This document shows, one piece after another, positions 1 to 12,719 of a DNA stretch of 64,000 bases. Every line of letters begins with the position of its first letter. The stretch's first letter is position 1. Below the pieces are notes generated by a model. It was not told where the DNA came from, did not search any database, and saw nothing but the letters and a program-made list of their open reading frames with translations. The DNA comes from an uncultured Verrucomicrobiae bacterium (GTDB lineage Bacteria > Verrucomicrobiota > Verrucomicrobiia > Chthoniobacterales > JAFAMB01). The DNA lies in NCBI GenBank assembly GCA_963837955.1, contig CAWIPH010000002.1, positions 4,896,001 through 4,960,000 on the forward strand, in the 5' to 3' direction. The translations under genes were made by a program, and so were the position numbers.

Positions 1-1992
1 GTTCATGATCCGACCGCGGCGCCGATTGAGGTCCCCCATGATGTCGCCCTGATACTCATCCGGGGTTACACATTCTACCTTCATAATTGGTTCCAGAAGA
101 ATAGAGGTACCCTTCTTAAAGGCGTCTTTCATCGCGAAGATCGCAGCCAGTTTGAAAGCGAGCTCGTTCGAATCGACGTCGTGATACGATCCGTCCACGA
201 TATCGACATGGAGGTCGATGACCGGGTAGCCCCCCACGATGCCGTTAAGCACCGCCTCTTCGATGCCTTTCTTAACCGCCGGGATGTACTCTTTCGGGAT
301 GGTACCGCCAACGACTTTATTCTCGACGGTGAATCCCTTTCCGCGCTCGCGTGGTTCAACATTCACAATCACGTGGCCGTATTGTCCACGACCACCAGAC
401 TGCTTGATGAGTTTGCCTTCGCCAGTGGCTTTCTTGGTAATCGTCTCGCGGTAAGCGATCTGCGGTTTACCTGCATTCGCATCAACCTTGAATTCCCGCA
501 GCATACGATCTCGGATGATCTCGAGATGCAGCTCACCCATTCCGGCGATAATCGTTTGGCCCGTATCCTCGTTAGTATAGACTCGGAAAGTCGGATCTTC
601 TTCGGCCAGCCGCTGCAGCGCGGTGGCCATTTTCTCCTGGTCTAGTTTTGTTTTTGGCTCGATCGCCATCGAGATAACTGGATCAGGGAAGGAAGGCGGT
701 TCTAGCAAGACGGGAAAATCTTCATCGCAGAGCGTATCGCCCGTCGTGATGTTCCTAATGCCGACGATGGCAGCAATATCGCCCGAATAACACGTATGGA
801 TGTCTTCTCGCTTGTCGGCTTGAATCTGAATTAGCCGGCTGATGCGCTCTCTCTTGTTGGTGCGCGGATTATAAACCGTGTCGCCCTTCGATAATTTGCC
901 GGAGTAGACCCGGAAAAACACCAGTTTTCCTACGAAGGGATCGCTCCAGAGTTTGAATGCCAACGAACAGAACTTGGCGTTGTCATCGGTGACGGCTTCT
1001 TTGATCTCATCAGTATCCGGATCAATGCCCTTTGCCGGCGGGATATCGAGCGGGCTCGGAAGATAATCGACAACTGCATCAACCAGATATTGGACGCCTT
1101 TGTTCTTAAAAGCAGAACCACCCGCAACCGGAATAAATTTATTAGCGATCGTCAGCCGTCGAATGCCGGCTTTCAATTCCTCCGGAGAGACCGGCTTTTC
1201 TTCCAGATAGAGGGTCCCGACCTCATCGTCGAGATTCGCTACTTGCTCGACCAGATCCGCGTACGCCTTGTCGACAAGTTCCTGGTAGTCCGCGGGGACA
1301 TCGGCAATTTCGTACGTTGAGCCCAACATATCGTTGTCGGAATAGAGGATCGCCTTATTATTAATGACATCGAGCTGGCCTCGGAGCTGGTCCTCACTAC
1401 CAAGTGGAATCAATACAGGCCAAGCGTTCGCGCCGAGCTTTGTACGCATCTCTTTAACGACGTTCTTAAAGTTCGCACCCACGCGGTCCATCTTATTAAC
1501 AAAACAGATCCGCGGTACGTTATACTTGTTGGCCTGACGCCATACCGTTTCCGTTTGTGGCTGGACGCCCGCGACGCTGTCGAACACTAGAATAGCCCCG
1601 TCCAGCACGCGCAACGAGCGCTCAACCTCTGCGGTAAAGTCTACGTGCCCAGGAGTGTCGATGATATTCACCCGCTGCTTCTGATTTTCGAACAGCTTGA
1701 AGACACCCTCTTCCTTCCGCTGAGTCCAAAAGCAAGTCGTTGCAGCCGACGTAATGGTGATGCCTCGTTCGCGCTCCTGCTCCATCCAGTCGGTGACCGT
1801 TGTGCCCTCATGCACTTCACCGATTCGGTGGATCATGCCAGTGTAAAACAGGATCCGCTCGGTCAGAGTCGTCTTTCCGGCGTCAATGTGCGCGCTAATC
1901 CCAATGTTGCGAGTGCGCTCCAGAGGATAAGCCCTATCGGGAGAATTTGGATTCGTCATAGCCCTAGCCTTATCTAAAACGGGTGCAGACAT
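1..1992 (-). CDS. fusA: Elongation factor G (3' end beyond the window)
   Basis: Missing from the ORF track because it is open at the edge. Manual translation from ATG 1992 (or 1959) gives ...[21 protein letters not shown], then [14 protein letters not shown] and [11 protein letters not shown]. Lies directly after rpsG. Confidence 0.98.
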   Translation of the reverse strand, partial: MSAPVLDKARAMTNPNSPDRAYPLERTRNIGISAHIDAGKTTLTERILFYTGMIHRIGEVHEGTTVTDWMEQERERGITITSAATTCFWTQRKEEGVFKLFENQKQRVNIIDTPGHVDFTAEVERSLRVLDGAILVFDSVAGVQPQTETVWRQANKYNVPRICFVNKMDRVGANFKNVVKEMRTKLGANAWPVLIPLGSEDQLRGQLDVINNKAILYSDNDMLGSTYEIADVPADYQELVDKAYADLVEQVANLDDEVGTLYLEEKPVSPEELKAGIRRLTIANKFIPVAGGSAFKNKGVQYLVDAVVDYLPSPLDIPPAKGIDPDTDEIKEAVTDDNAKFCSLAFKLWSDPFVGKLVFFRVYSGKLSKGDTVYNPRTNKRERISRLIQIQADKREDIHTCYSGDIAAIVGIRNITTGDTLCDEDFPVLLEPPSFPDPVISMAIEPKTKLDQEKMATALQRLAEEDPTFRVYTNEDTGQTIIAGMGELHLEIIRDRMLREFKVDANAGKPQIAYRETITKKATGEGKLIKQSGGRGQYGHVIVNVEPRERGKGFTVENKVVGGTIPKEYIPAVKKGIEEAVLNGIVGGYPVIDLHVDIVDGSYHDVDSNELAFKLAAIFAMKDAFKKGTSILLEPIMKVECVTPDEYQGDIMGDLNRRRGRIMN

Positions 1993-1997
1993 ATGCT

Positions 1998-2468
1998 TTA
2001 CCAGCGGAAATGCGCAAAGGCCCGGTTGGCCTGAGCCATCTTGTGGGTGTCGTCTCGCTTCTTAATGACGTTGCCTTGGCCGGAAGCGGCGTCCTTTATC
2101 TCTGCTGCAAGATTATCGGTCATCGTACCGCGGCGATTCTTGGCGTAGCTGACCAACCAGCGCATGGCTAACGAGACTTGCCGATCCGCCGAAACTTCGA
2201 TCGGTACTTGATAAGTAGCACCGCCTACGCGACGAGATTTGACCTCGAGACGCGGTTTCGCGTTATCGAGCGCCTTATGTAAAGAGTCGAGTGGATCAAC
2301 CGCGTCGGAGCCCTCGCGGCTTTTTTCGATGGCTTGGTAGACGATCCGCTCCGCGAGCGATTTCTGCCCGCTCCGCATGACCGTATCGATCAACCGAGCT
2401 ACCACGGGGCTAGCGTACCGGCTATCGACCTTCAACTCTTTATGAATGACTCTGCGACGTCGGGACAT
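1998..2468 (-). CDS. rpsG: 30S ribosomal protein S7
   Basis: [15 protein letters not shown] and [15 protein letters not shown] motifs; str operon order. Confidence 0.99.
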   Translation of the reverse strand: MSRRRRVIHKELKVDSRYASPVVARLIDTVMRSGQKSLAERIVYQAIEKSREGSDAVDPLDSLHKALDNAKPRLEVKSRRVGGATYQVPIEVSADRQVSLAMRWLVSYAKNRRGTMTDNLAAEIKDAASGQGNVIKKRDDTHKMAQANRAFAHFRW

Positions 2469-2474
2469 AGGAAA

Positions 2475-2888
2475 TTATTTCTTTTTGCCTTTAGCTGCGG
2501 CGGTATCCGCTCCGCCTTTTTTCGGACGCTTGGCGCCGTATTTCGAGCGGCTGCGGCGACGACCGTCAACCCCGAGGCTATCCAACGTACCGCGAACAAT
2601 ATGATAACGAACTCCGGGAAGATCCTTGACGCGGCCTCCGCGCACCAAAACGATCGAGTGCTCCTGCAAGTTGTGACCTTCACCAGGGATGTAAGCGATA
2701 ACCTCGTATCCGTTGGTTAGCCGGACTTTGGCGACTTTCCGTAAGGCGGAATTTGGCTTCTTAGGCGTGCGCGTCATGACCTGTACGCAGACACCCCGCC
2801 GTTGCGGGCAATCCGCCAGAGCCGGTGATTTGGACTTCACCGCCATTTTCTTCCGACCTTTTCGGACAAGCTGGTTAATCGTTGGCAT
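2475..2888 (-). CDS. rpsL: 30S ribosomal protein S12
   Basis: [34 protein letters not shown]. Confidence 0.99.
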   Translation of the reverse strand: MPTINQLVRKGRKKMAVKSKSPALADCPQRRGVCVQVMTRTPKKPNSALRKVAKVRLTNGYEVIAYIPGEGHNLQEHSIVLVRGGRVKDLPGVRYHIVRGTLDSLGVDGRRRSRSKYGAKRPKKGGADTAAAKGKKK

Positions 2889-2922
2889 TCAATAAATCCG
2901 GTTAATCCCTTGGTTCAGGGCT

Positions 2923-2945
2923 AAAAAAAGCCGCAATCGCGGCTT
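2923..2945 (-). terminator. Intrinsic-terminator-like hairpin in the rpsL 5' leader
   Basis: Minus strand reads AAGCCGC-GATT-GCGGCTT followed by a T run, ~35 nt upstream of the rpsL ATG. Confidence 0.55.
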
Positions 2946-2980
2946 CAAAGCTTTCTCCCGCCAGACGCGGGGGAGCGTGG

Positions 2981-3008
2981 ACTATATTATTATTCCCAGG
3001 CGGCGCAA
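2981..3008 (-). promoter_or_regulatory. Putative sigma70 promoter of the str operon
   Basis: Minus strand TTGCGC-N16-TATAGT. Confidence 0.4.
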
Positions 3009-3286
3009 GAGGTTTTTGGCCCAGTTTCTCCCAGGAGATGGCCCCAAAATCGCCCGGCAATCGGTCAAGCAGTTCTAACGCGCCAAACCGCCGTTCCTTT
3101 TTGCCCCGCAGAAGTGTCCCGCAAAACTTAAGCTGCAACGCTCTAGAATTAAAGAAAAAACCTGCTTGAAAGTCTGATCGTCCGGTTTCTTTGACGGCAG
3201 AAAATCGAGTTACTCCGAAAGTCGTGTCGGAAACAAAAAGAATCTCGTGTTATCTGGGTTCGATTTATGCTTGTTTGCCAACCGAA

Positions 3287-3697
3287 ATGAAGATCCACGT
3301 CGAACGCCAAGTCACTGTCGCTCTGGAGAATCGGCCGGGGCAACTAGCGACCATCTGTAGCATCTTAGGCGCGAACGCCGTGAACATCGAAGCCATAAGC
3401 GTTATGGATAGCATCGAACAAGGGGTCGTACGGTTGATCACAAGCGATCCCACAAAATGCAGACAGGCTCTGCAAACGAAGGGTTTTTACGTGATCGAAG
3501 GCGACGTTCTGGTGTTGGATCTTTTCGATCGGATCGGCAAATTGGCGCAAATTTGCTCGGAACTTGCAGAAGCAAAGATCAATATCGATTACGTTTACGG
3601 GAGCGTGGAACACACCGGATCGCCGCTTCGCCTGGTCCTAAAAACGACCGACACCGTGCGCACGCATGCGCTTCTCGATAGCCTTAGAGACGAATAA
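3287..3697 (+). CDS. Tandem ACT-domain protein
   Basis: Two ACT repeats (ENRPGQLA...NIEAIS; DRIGKLA...INIDYVY); ATG 3287 is the probable start. Confidence 0.85.
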   Translation: MKIHVERQVTVALENRPGQLATICSILGANAVNIEAISVMDSIEQGVVRLITSDPTKCRQALQTKGFYVIEGDVLVLDLFDRIGKLAQICSELAEAKINIDYVYGSVEHTGSPLRLVLKTTDTVRTHALLDSLRDE

Positions 3698-3716
3698 ACC
3701 GGCCTTTTGAAAAGGG

Positions 3717-3746
3717 CGAGGCCGGCGGATTTCTCCACCGGCCTCG
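3717..3746 (-). terminator. GC-rich hairpin between the convergent ACT gene and rnpB (probable terminator)
   Basis: CGAGGCCGG...CCGGCCTCG stem followed by CCCTTTT on the minus strand. Confidence 0.55.
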
Positions 3747-3749
3747 ATT

Positions 3750-4190
<441 letters not shown>

Positions 4191-4247
4191 TAATTTAAGA
4201 TATCCGCTATTTTCCGCAACGAAACTCTACCGAAGCCGACATGCTAG

Positions 4248-4547
4248 TCACGGATTCGGCGCACCAGGTAAGAGTTGGTCTAGTTTCTTTGCCAGACTGA
4301 AATCCAGGCTGGTGAGACCACCGGCCGAATGAGTAGACAACGCCAGCCGCACCGTCCGCCAACGAATGTCGATGTCCGGATGATGATTCATCGATTCTGC
4401 CTCCCGGGCAATGCTGTTTACCGCGTCCACGGCTTCGAGAAAACTCGGGAACTTGACCGTCCGAGAGATGGTATCTCCCTCGAGTTTCCATTGAGGGACC
4501 TCCATCAGCAGCGTCTGCACTGCTTCAGGTTTTAGTAATTCTGGCAT
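4248..4547 (-). CDS. phhB: Pterin-4-alpha-carbinolamine dehydratase
   Basis: AESMNHHPDIDIRW and STHSAGGLTSLD motifs. Confidence 0.92.
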   Translation of the reverse strand: MPELLKPEAVQTLLMEVPQWKLEGDTISRTVKFPSFLEAVDAVNSIAREAESMNHHPDIDIRWRTVRLALSTHSAGGLTSLDFSLAKKLDQLLPGAPNP

Positions 4548-4671
4548 GGATTTTCTCCGTGTTTTATGAATCGCTCGGATTTTGGCATGGCTCCTTCATT
4601 ACTTGATCAGAGGAGCGGTTCGTGTATGTAAGCATTCCTCGCCTTGCTCTACCCTAACTAACCACTGGCAA

Positions 4672-5646
4672 ATGCAAACTCCTGGGAGACTCTATAATAA
4701 CATAGTTGAGACCGTCGGCGGTACTCCATTGGTCAAACTCAACCGAATTACAGCCGGTCTTGAGGCGACGATCGCTATAAAGTGTGAGTATTTTAATCCG
4801 CTTGGCAGCGTGAAAGACAGGATTGGGATGGCCATGATCGATGCGGCGGAGCGACAGGGCACCATCAATAAGGATACAGTTATCATCGAGCCGACTAGCG
4901 GCAACACCGGAATCGCGCTCGCCTTCGTCTGCGCGGCCAAGGGTTATAAACTGATTCTCACCATGCCGGAAACGATGAGTTTGGAGAGACGCACCCTCCT
5001 GGCAATGCTGGGTGCCAAAGTAGTGTTGACGCCGGGGTCGGAAGGAATGAAAGGAGCGATCGCTCGCGCAGAAGAGCTTCTCAAGGCAACGCCCAATTCT
5101 TGGATCCCGCAACAATTTAACAACCCCGCCAATCCAGAAATTCATCAAAAAACAACCGCGGAAGAAATATGGGCCGACACAAATGGGGCGGTTGATATTT
5201 TGGTCTCAGCTGTCGGCACGGGGGGAACCATCACCGGAGTCTCGGAGGTAATCAAAAAGCGGAAACCGAGCTTGCTCTCAATCGCCGTCGAGCCAAAGGA
5301 TTCGCCGGTGATTAAGCAGACAATGGCCGGTGAACCCCTTAAGCCAGGTCCGCATAAGATTCAGGGCACCGGCGCCGGATTTGTACCGAAAAATCTGCAT
5401 CTCGATATAGTCGATGAAGTCATCGCCGTCTCGAATGAGGATTCCTTTGTTATGGCTCGGCGCTTAGCTAAAGAGGAGGGTATTCTCGCTGGGATTAGTT
5501 CGGGCGCAAACGTTTGGGCGGCGATTGAAGTAGCAAAACGACCTGAAAACCGTGGAAAACTCATTGTCACATTCGCTTGCTCAACGGGCGAGCGCTACTT
5601 AAGCACGGCGTTGGCTGATGAGGCTCGAGCAGAGATCGGTGGTTAA
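4672..5646 (+). CDS. cysK: Cysteine synthase A
   Basis: [11 protein letters not shown] (PLP lysine), [18 protein letters not shown] 4672. Confidence 0.96.
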   Translation: MQTPGRLYNNIVETVGGTPLVKLNRITAGLEATIAIKCEYFNPLGSVKDRIGMAMIDAAERQGTINKDTVIIEPTSGNTGIALAFVCAAKGYKLILTMPETMSLERRTLLAMLGAKVVLTPGSEGMKGAIARAEELLKATPNSWIPQQFNNPANPEIHQKTTAEEIWADTNGAVDILVSAVGTGGTITGVSEVIKKRKPSLLSIAVEPKDSPVIKQTMAGEPLKPGPHKIQGTGAGFVPKNLHLDIVDEVIAVSNEDSFVMARRLAKEEGILAGISSGANVWAAIEVAKRPENRGKLIVTFACSTGERYLSTALADEARAEIGG

Positions 5647-5649
5647 GGG

Positions 5650-6399
5650 ATGAACAAAACGACCGGAATGACAACAGCTACTGAACCGAACTTCTCATCA
5701 TTCAATCAAGAAGTCTTTTGGGCGCTACACGGTAGAAAGATCATCTTTGGATCGATCGCTGCACTGCTGATCCTCCTCGCTGTTGGCGCCTATTTCGGGT
5801 GGCAGAAGCTCCAGACCGGCCAAGCTGAGTTGGCATACGATTCCGCGACGAATATCGATGACTGGCAGAAAGTCGCGGACCGATTTCCCGGATCGATCGC
5901 GGCCGGAAATGCGTTGCTGCGGATCGCCGCGCAGCAGGCTAGCGACGGCCATTTTCCGGATTCGGACAAGACCTACCAGAGGTTTATTCGCGACTATTCG
6001 AAACATCCGTTCGCCGTAAATAGCTTAATGGGTTTGGCAACAAATGCAGAGGCGGAAGCCAAACCAGATGAAGCGCTCAATTACTATGCGGAAATAGCTG
6101 GCAAATACGGCACCACCTATTTGGCGCCAATGGCGCTACTGAGCCAGGCTAGATTGACCGAGGGGAAGGGCCAACTGAAAGAGGCACGGCAACTCTATGA
6201 GATGGTGGTCCAGAGATACCCGCAAAGTGCAATAGCGCAAATTGCTTTGGCGGAAGCCTCTCGACTCGGGGACAAGCTTGGGAACGACACGAAATCGACA
6301 GGTTCGGCCAATTTACTCACCGGCTCGCCTCAACCCAGTCCATCGGGTCAACCGTCTCCAACGGCATCGGAGAAACCGAAGCAACAGCCGGAACCTTGA
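5650..6399 (+). CDS. Membrane-anchored TPR protein (YfgM-like)
   Basis: N-terminal TM helix, TPR-like helical repeats with YP/FP turns, P/S-rich tail. Confidence 0.75.
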   Translation: MNKTTGMTTATEPNFSSFNQEVFWALHGRKIIFGSIAALLILLAVGAYFGWQKLQTGQAELAYDSATNIDDWQKVADRFPGSIAAGNALLRIAAQQASDGHFPDSDKTYQRFIRDYSKHPFAVNSLMGLATNAEAEAKPDEALNYYAEIAGKYGTTYLAPMALLSQARLTEGKGQLKEARQLYEMVVQRYPQSAIAQIALAEASRLGDKLGNDTKSTGSANLLTGSPQPSPSGQPSPTASEKPKQQPEP

Positions 6400-6401
6400 A
6401 T

Positions 6402-6860
6402 CTAGTGGGCCATCGCCACTTTTTGCTTTCGGAGGTAAAACTCCTCTCTTCTTTCTTCGAATTCGATTAGGTCGAAATAGGTCTCCACGCCGGATTCCGA
6501 ACGACCACCGACTTCTTGCAGAATTCTTCGAAACCGGGCTAGCTTTTCGGGAGTATCGGGCCGTTTTTCTATCTGCTTTTGATTCCAGGCCGCGATCTCT
6601 AACTCGGTGTGGTTCACACCTTGAGAGCGGATCCAGTCCAAGACTGCCTCGTCGCTCTCCCGACTGCTGGCCATCTCCTCGAACAGCTCCCCCTCGATTC
6701 CCAGGAACGACAAAAGATACTTATCGAACCCTAAAGTCTTGTAGTTGTACCCACGTAACAATCCCTGACGGTGCAGCCGCGCCTTGTCAATTAACCGAAG
6801 AAGATGCACGTAACCGCCCAGAGTCGCGTATGGGCTCCGCGGATAAATTTTTTGTGTCAT
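6402..6860 (-). CDS. DUF5069-domain protein
   Basis: PRSPYATLGGYVHLLRLIDKARL...D..LL.FLGI...WN pattern; ATGA overlap with the upstream gene. Confidence 0.8.
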   Translation of the reverse strand: MTQKIYPRSPYATLGGYVHLLRLIDKARLHRQGLLRGYNYKTLGFDKYLLSFLGIEGELFEEMASSRESDEAVLDWIRSQGVNHTELEIAAWNQKQIEKRPDTPEKLARFRRILQEVGGRSESGVETYFDLIEFEERREEFYLRKQKVAMAH

Positions 6861-7678
6861 GCAGGTGCCAGGCTGAAATCGGACCCGTGACCCGATTCTT
6901 GATTGGGTGCCGATGGCTCTTTCAACGGGGTCAAAAGCTCCCCCTGAGTCAATTGCGTCTGGCCGATCGATAAATCACCGTAAAATTGCCCTCCTTTATC
7001 CACGACGAAGCTCCGCGCGTTTACCGCTCCGCGCAGTGAGCCACCTCGCTTTACCACCACTTTTCCATTCGAGATGATTCGTGCTGAGATCACGCCATAA
7101 ACTTCGACGAGATCCGCTCGGATTGGTCGGACGCACTCGACCTCTGAGCTTTTGTCAATCACCACCAGGGGAGCTTCGATGCTGCCGCTAAGTTTCCCTT
7201 TCAGTTTAATCCGAACATCAGTGGCACCGGTCAGCGCACCGCGCAGGTGCCCCTGAACAGAAGCAGTCTGACAGATTACCCGGTTACTGTTGAGATCACC
7301 TTTGTTGGTGATGATCAGGTCGCCTCGGGTCCGAATAGAGCGACTGTATGTACCAACAATCTTGTAGTCTTGGAGATCGATGTAGGCGCCGCAAAGAGGG
7401 CAAATCGTGGAAGTTGCATTTTTCGGGACTTCGCGCTTGCCAGGACATTCGAAGCATCGGGCAACAACTGTCCGCTGAACACCCAGGAGGCCTTCGATTC
7501 TTTGAAATACCGAAGGGGCTTTTGGAACATCCTGCCGCGGCTCACCAGTTCTGCCGCCTTTACTTATCTGGATGTACCCGCTGCACTTGCGGCAGTAGGT
7601 CGACTTTGCCAGCTCAGGCTCTAACTGAATGTTACCGCAGTGAGGACATTGAACTTCGACTCGTCCTTTTGCCGGCAC
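6857..7678 (-). CDS. Bactofilin (polymer-forming cytoskeletal protein) with two N-terminal zinc ribbons
   Basis: CPHC/CRKC and CFEC/CPLC pairs, then beta-helical repeats (GSLRGAVNARSFVVDKGGQFYG); GTG start with AAGGAG SD. Confidence 0.85.
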   Translation of the reverse strand: MPAKGRVEVQCPHCGNIQLEPELAKSTYCRKCSGYIQISKGGRTGEPRQDVPKAPSVFQRIEGLLGVQRTVVARCFECPGKREVPKNATSTICPLCGAYIDLQDYKIVGTYSRSIRTRGDLIITNKGDLNSNRVICQTASVQGHLRGALTGATDVRIKLKGKLSGSIEAPLVVIDKSSEVECVRPIRADLVEVYGVISARIISNGKVVVKRGGSLRGAVNARSFVVDKGGQFYGDLSIGQTQLTQGELLTPLKEPSAPNQESGHGSDFSLAPA

Positions 7679-7689
7679 CCAGTACTCCT

Positions 7690-8082
7690 TTAGCGGGGAG
7701 CATTCGCTTCCTGCGCCTTCTCTTTAATCCCGATTTCCCTAAGTGCATTCTTGTTTGGAGTGACCTCCGACTTGCCGACAAACGTTGCCCCTTCCTCAAT
7801 GATCAAACGGGAGGCGTGAAGATCACCGATCAACGCCGACCGCGCCCGCAGTTCGCAACGTTCAGCAACAGTGATATTTCCTTGCACTTTGCCCATCACA
7901 ATCACCGACTTTGCTTTGATCTCACCATGGACATCCCCATTCTCGCCCACCGTCAAGATTCCGTCATTTGAGGAAATTTCTCCCTCGATCTTTCCATCAA
8001 AGGTAAATTCACTTGCAAATTTGATGGAACCTTTGATCTCAACGTCTTTGGAAAGAAGGTTCTTGTTGTGTAGTTCTGCCAT
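7690..8082 (-). CDS. Bactofilin (CcmA family); start uncertain (alternative GTG near 8208)
   Basis: VEIKGSIKF...DGKIEGEI...LTVGENGDVHGEIKAKSVIVMGKVQGNI...LIIEEGATFVG. Confidence 0.92.
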   Translation of the reverse strand: MAELHNKNLLSKDVEIKGSIKFASEFTFDGKIEGEISSNDGILTVGENGDVHGEIKAKSVIVMGKVQGNITVAERCELRARSALIGDLHASRLIIEEGATFVGKSEVTPNKNALREIGIKEKAQEANAPR

Positions 8083-8425
8083 AACGGGATTTTTGTATGT
8101 TTCAGTTTTCGTTGGAACGGTCTGCAGAGGCGCCGGATTCTCCCCGGATCGCGTGTCTTCAGGGGACTGGGTGGATCCTGGTTTTTGGGGGATGAACTTC
8201 TTAAGCACGGTCGCAACTATGAATTTGCAAACTGGATTGTCAACGCTTTCCACCCATAAAACTGATTCCGGTGCATCGCCTAGATAGGCCGCTCGAAGCG
8301 AGTGAAAAGCGCACCGCTTGATCAGCAACAGGCTTCATTTCAAGCGGATTTGGGGGCTGATCGAACAAGCTTTGGCGATCTGAAAGGATGGCGATTATGA
8401 TTCGCACTAACCATAATTCCACGAT

Positions 8426-9826
8426 TTATCCATATGCGGCCAATTCCTCAGCGGGATAGGTCCAAATCTCGCTGAGAGTTGGATGATAGTGCGGTATCGC
8501 GGCAAGGTCCGAAGCTTTCGCTCGGAAATGCATCGCAACAACGATTTCATGAATCAGCTCCGAGGCCTCAGGCCCGACAACCGCTCCCCCCAAAATTTCC
8601 TGAGTGTCCGCGTCGGCGATCAGCTTGACTAACCCCTGCGTCTCCCCTCGAATCATCGATTTGCCGTGATCGTCGAACGGATAGGTCGCCACCCGAACTC
8701 TCCTGCCCTCGGCCTTTGCCTGCTTCTCCGTCAATCCAACAATCGCAAGCTCCGGATGCGAAAATATGGCAAAGAGGCGAAGGCGATAGTCAATCGGGGT
8801 CAATTCCTCGTTTCTCAGCCACCGAGCTGCATTGCGCGCCGCAGCGGTTGCCTGCTCAATCCCTATATGAACCACGTCGAATTGGCCAGTTGCGTCGCCG
8901 GCAGCAAATATATGCGGCTGACTGGTCTGCATTAGATCGTTGACGCCAACGGCGGAGTTTTCGTCCATCTTTACCTGAGCGGCATCCAGATGCAGCCGGC
9001 TAATCGCCGCTCGCCGGCCAAGCGCATAGAAGACTTCATCGGCGGACATAGCGTGTTCCTGCCCATCTTTGACGAACCTTACAACTTTGCGGTCCTCCTT
9101 TTTTTCGATCGCGACCAATTTCGTGCCGCTTATCATCTCTACGCCGTTCCGTCTATAGGCTTCGGTAAGCGCGGCGGCCACGTCCGCGTCGGCTTCCTTG
9201 ATGAACTGCGGACTGCGCTGCAGGACGGTAACGTTCGTCCCGAGCGCATTATAAAAATGAGCGAACTCGAGGGCGATCGCTCCTCCGCCCAGGATGATTA
9301 TGGAAGCGGGTACTCGGTCGCTATCCAATGCTATATCGCTGTCCAAATAGCCCACCTCAGTCAGACCCGGCAAATCGATCACATTCAGTTCGGATCCAGT
9401 CGAGATGAGAGCAGTGCGAAAGCGGATTTCTCTAATAGAGCCATTCAGCCCTTCCAGCCTTAATTGGTGAGGGTCGATAAAGGCCGCATAGGCTCGAACG
9501 AAATCAAACTTTCCCTTTTCTAATTGGCTTCGCCGATAGTCCGCAAATCCGTTGATCAACGATCGTTTGCGTCGTCGAATGGCTCCGACATCGAACCCGA
9601 GATGACCCGCACTCAGCCCAAATTCTTGAGCACGACGGAGAGAAAGAAAACGATTAGCCGATTCGAGAAGGGTCTTGCTGGGCATGCAGCCACGGAGAAT
9701 GCAAAGTCCGCCGACGTCAGCTGCCCCTTCGACACTGATCGTCCGCAGACCCAATTTTGCGGCTTCCGTCGCCGCGCCATAGCCTGCGCTCCCCGCTCCG
9801 ATCACCGCAAAATCATATTCGTCCAT
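8426..9826 (-). CDS. Pyridine nucleotide-disulfide oxidoreductase (dihydrolipoyl dehydrogenase/MerA-like family)
   Basis: GAGSAG FAD motif, GGLCILRGCMPSK redox disulfide, C-terminal HPTLSE; start MDEYDF at 9826. Confidence 0.9.
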   Translation of the reverse strand: MDEYDFAVIGAGSAGYGAATEAAKLGLRTISVEGAADVGGLCILRGCMPSKTLLESANRFLSLRRAQEFGLSAGHLGFDVGAIRRRKRSLINGFADYRRSQLEKGKFDFVRAYAAFIDPHQLRLEGLNGSIREIRFRTALISTGSELNVIDLPGLTEVGYLDSDIALDSDRVPASIIILGGGAIALEFAHFYNALGTNVTVLQRSPQFIKEADADVAAALTEAYRRNGVEMISGTKLVAIEKKEDRKVVRFVKDGQEHAMSADEVFYALGRRAAISRLHLDAAQVKMDENSAVGVNDLMQTSQPHIFAAGDATGQFDVVHIGIEQATAAARNAARWLRNEELTPIDYRLRLFAIFSHPELAIVGLTEKQAKAEGRRVRVATYPFDDHGKSMIRGETQGLVKLIADADTQEILGGAVVGPEASELIHEIVVAMHFRAKASDLAAIPHYHPTLSEIWTYPAEELAAYG

Positions 9827-10025
9827 AGTCGCTTTCTTCGGTTCGTCATTTTGAACACGCCCCATCAAGAGAAACAATCGCGGGATTTTAGCGATCTGGC
9901 AACAGCCGGAGGTCTCACGGGCGCCGAATGCCGCCTCCTCAGCACGCAAGAGGGCATTGCGGTAAATCCCCAAAATATTGAGCTAATGCCCGGGTTCGAA
10001 TACTAGATATTGAACCTCTACTCGC

Positions 10026-12640
<2,615 letters not shown>

Positions 12641-12719
12641 GTGATTTGTCCGCCGGAGACCTACTTTCGCGGGGATCTCCGATTTGAGACGCCTGCTTCG
12701 TTGAAAAGTAATTTTTATT

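Noticed and set aside
8426..9826. Mercuric reductase MerA
   Set aside because: No C-terminal Cys-Cys pair, no HMA domain and no mer genes nearby; it has the HPTLSE motif of the Lpd-like group.
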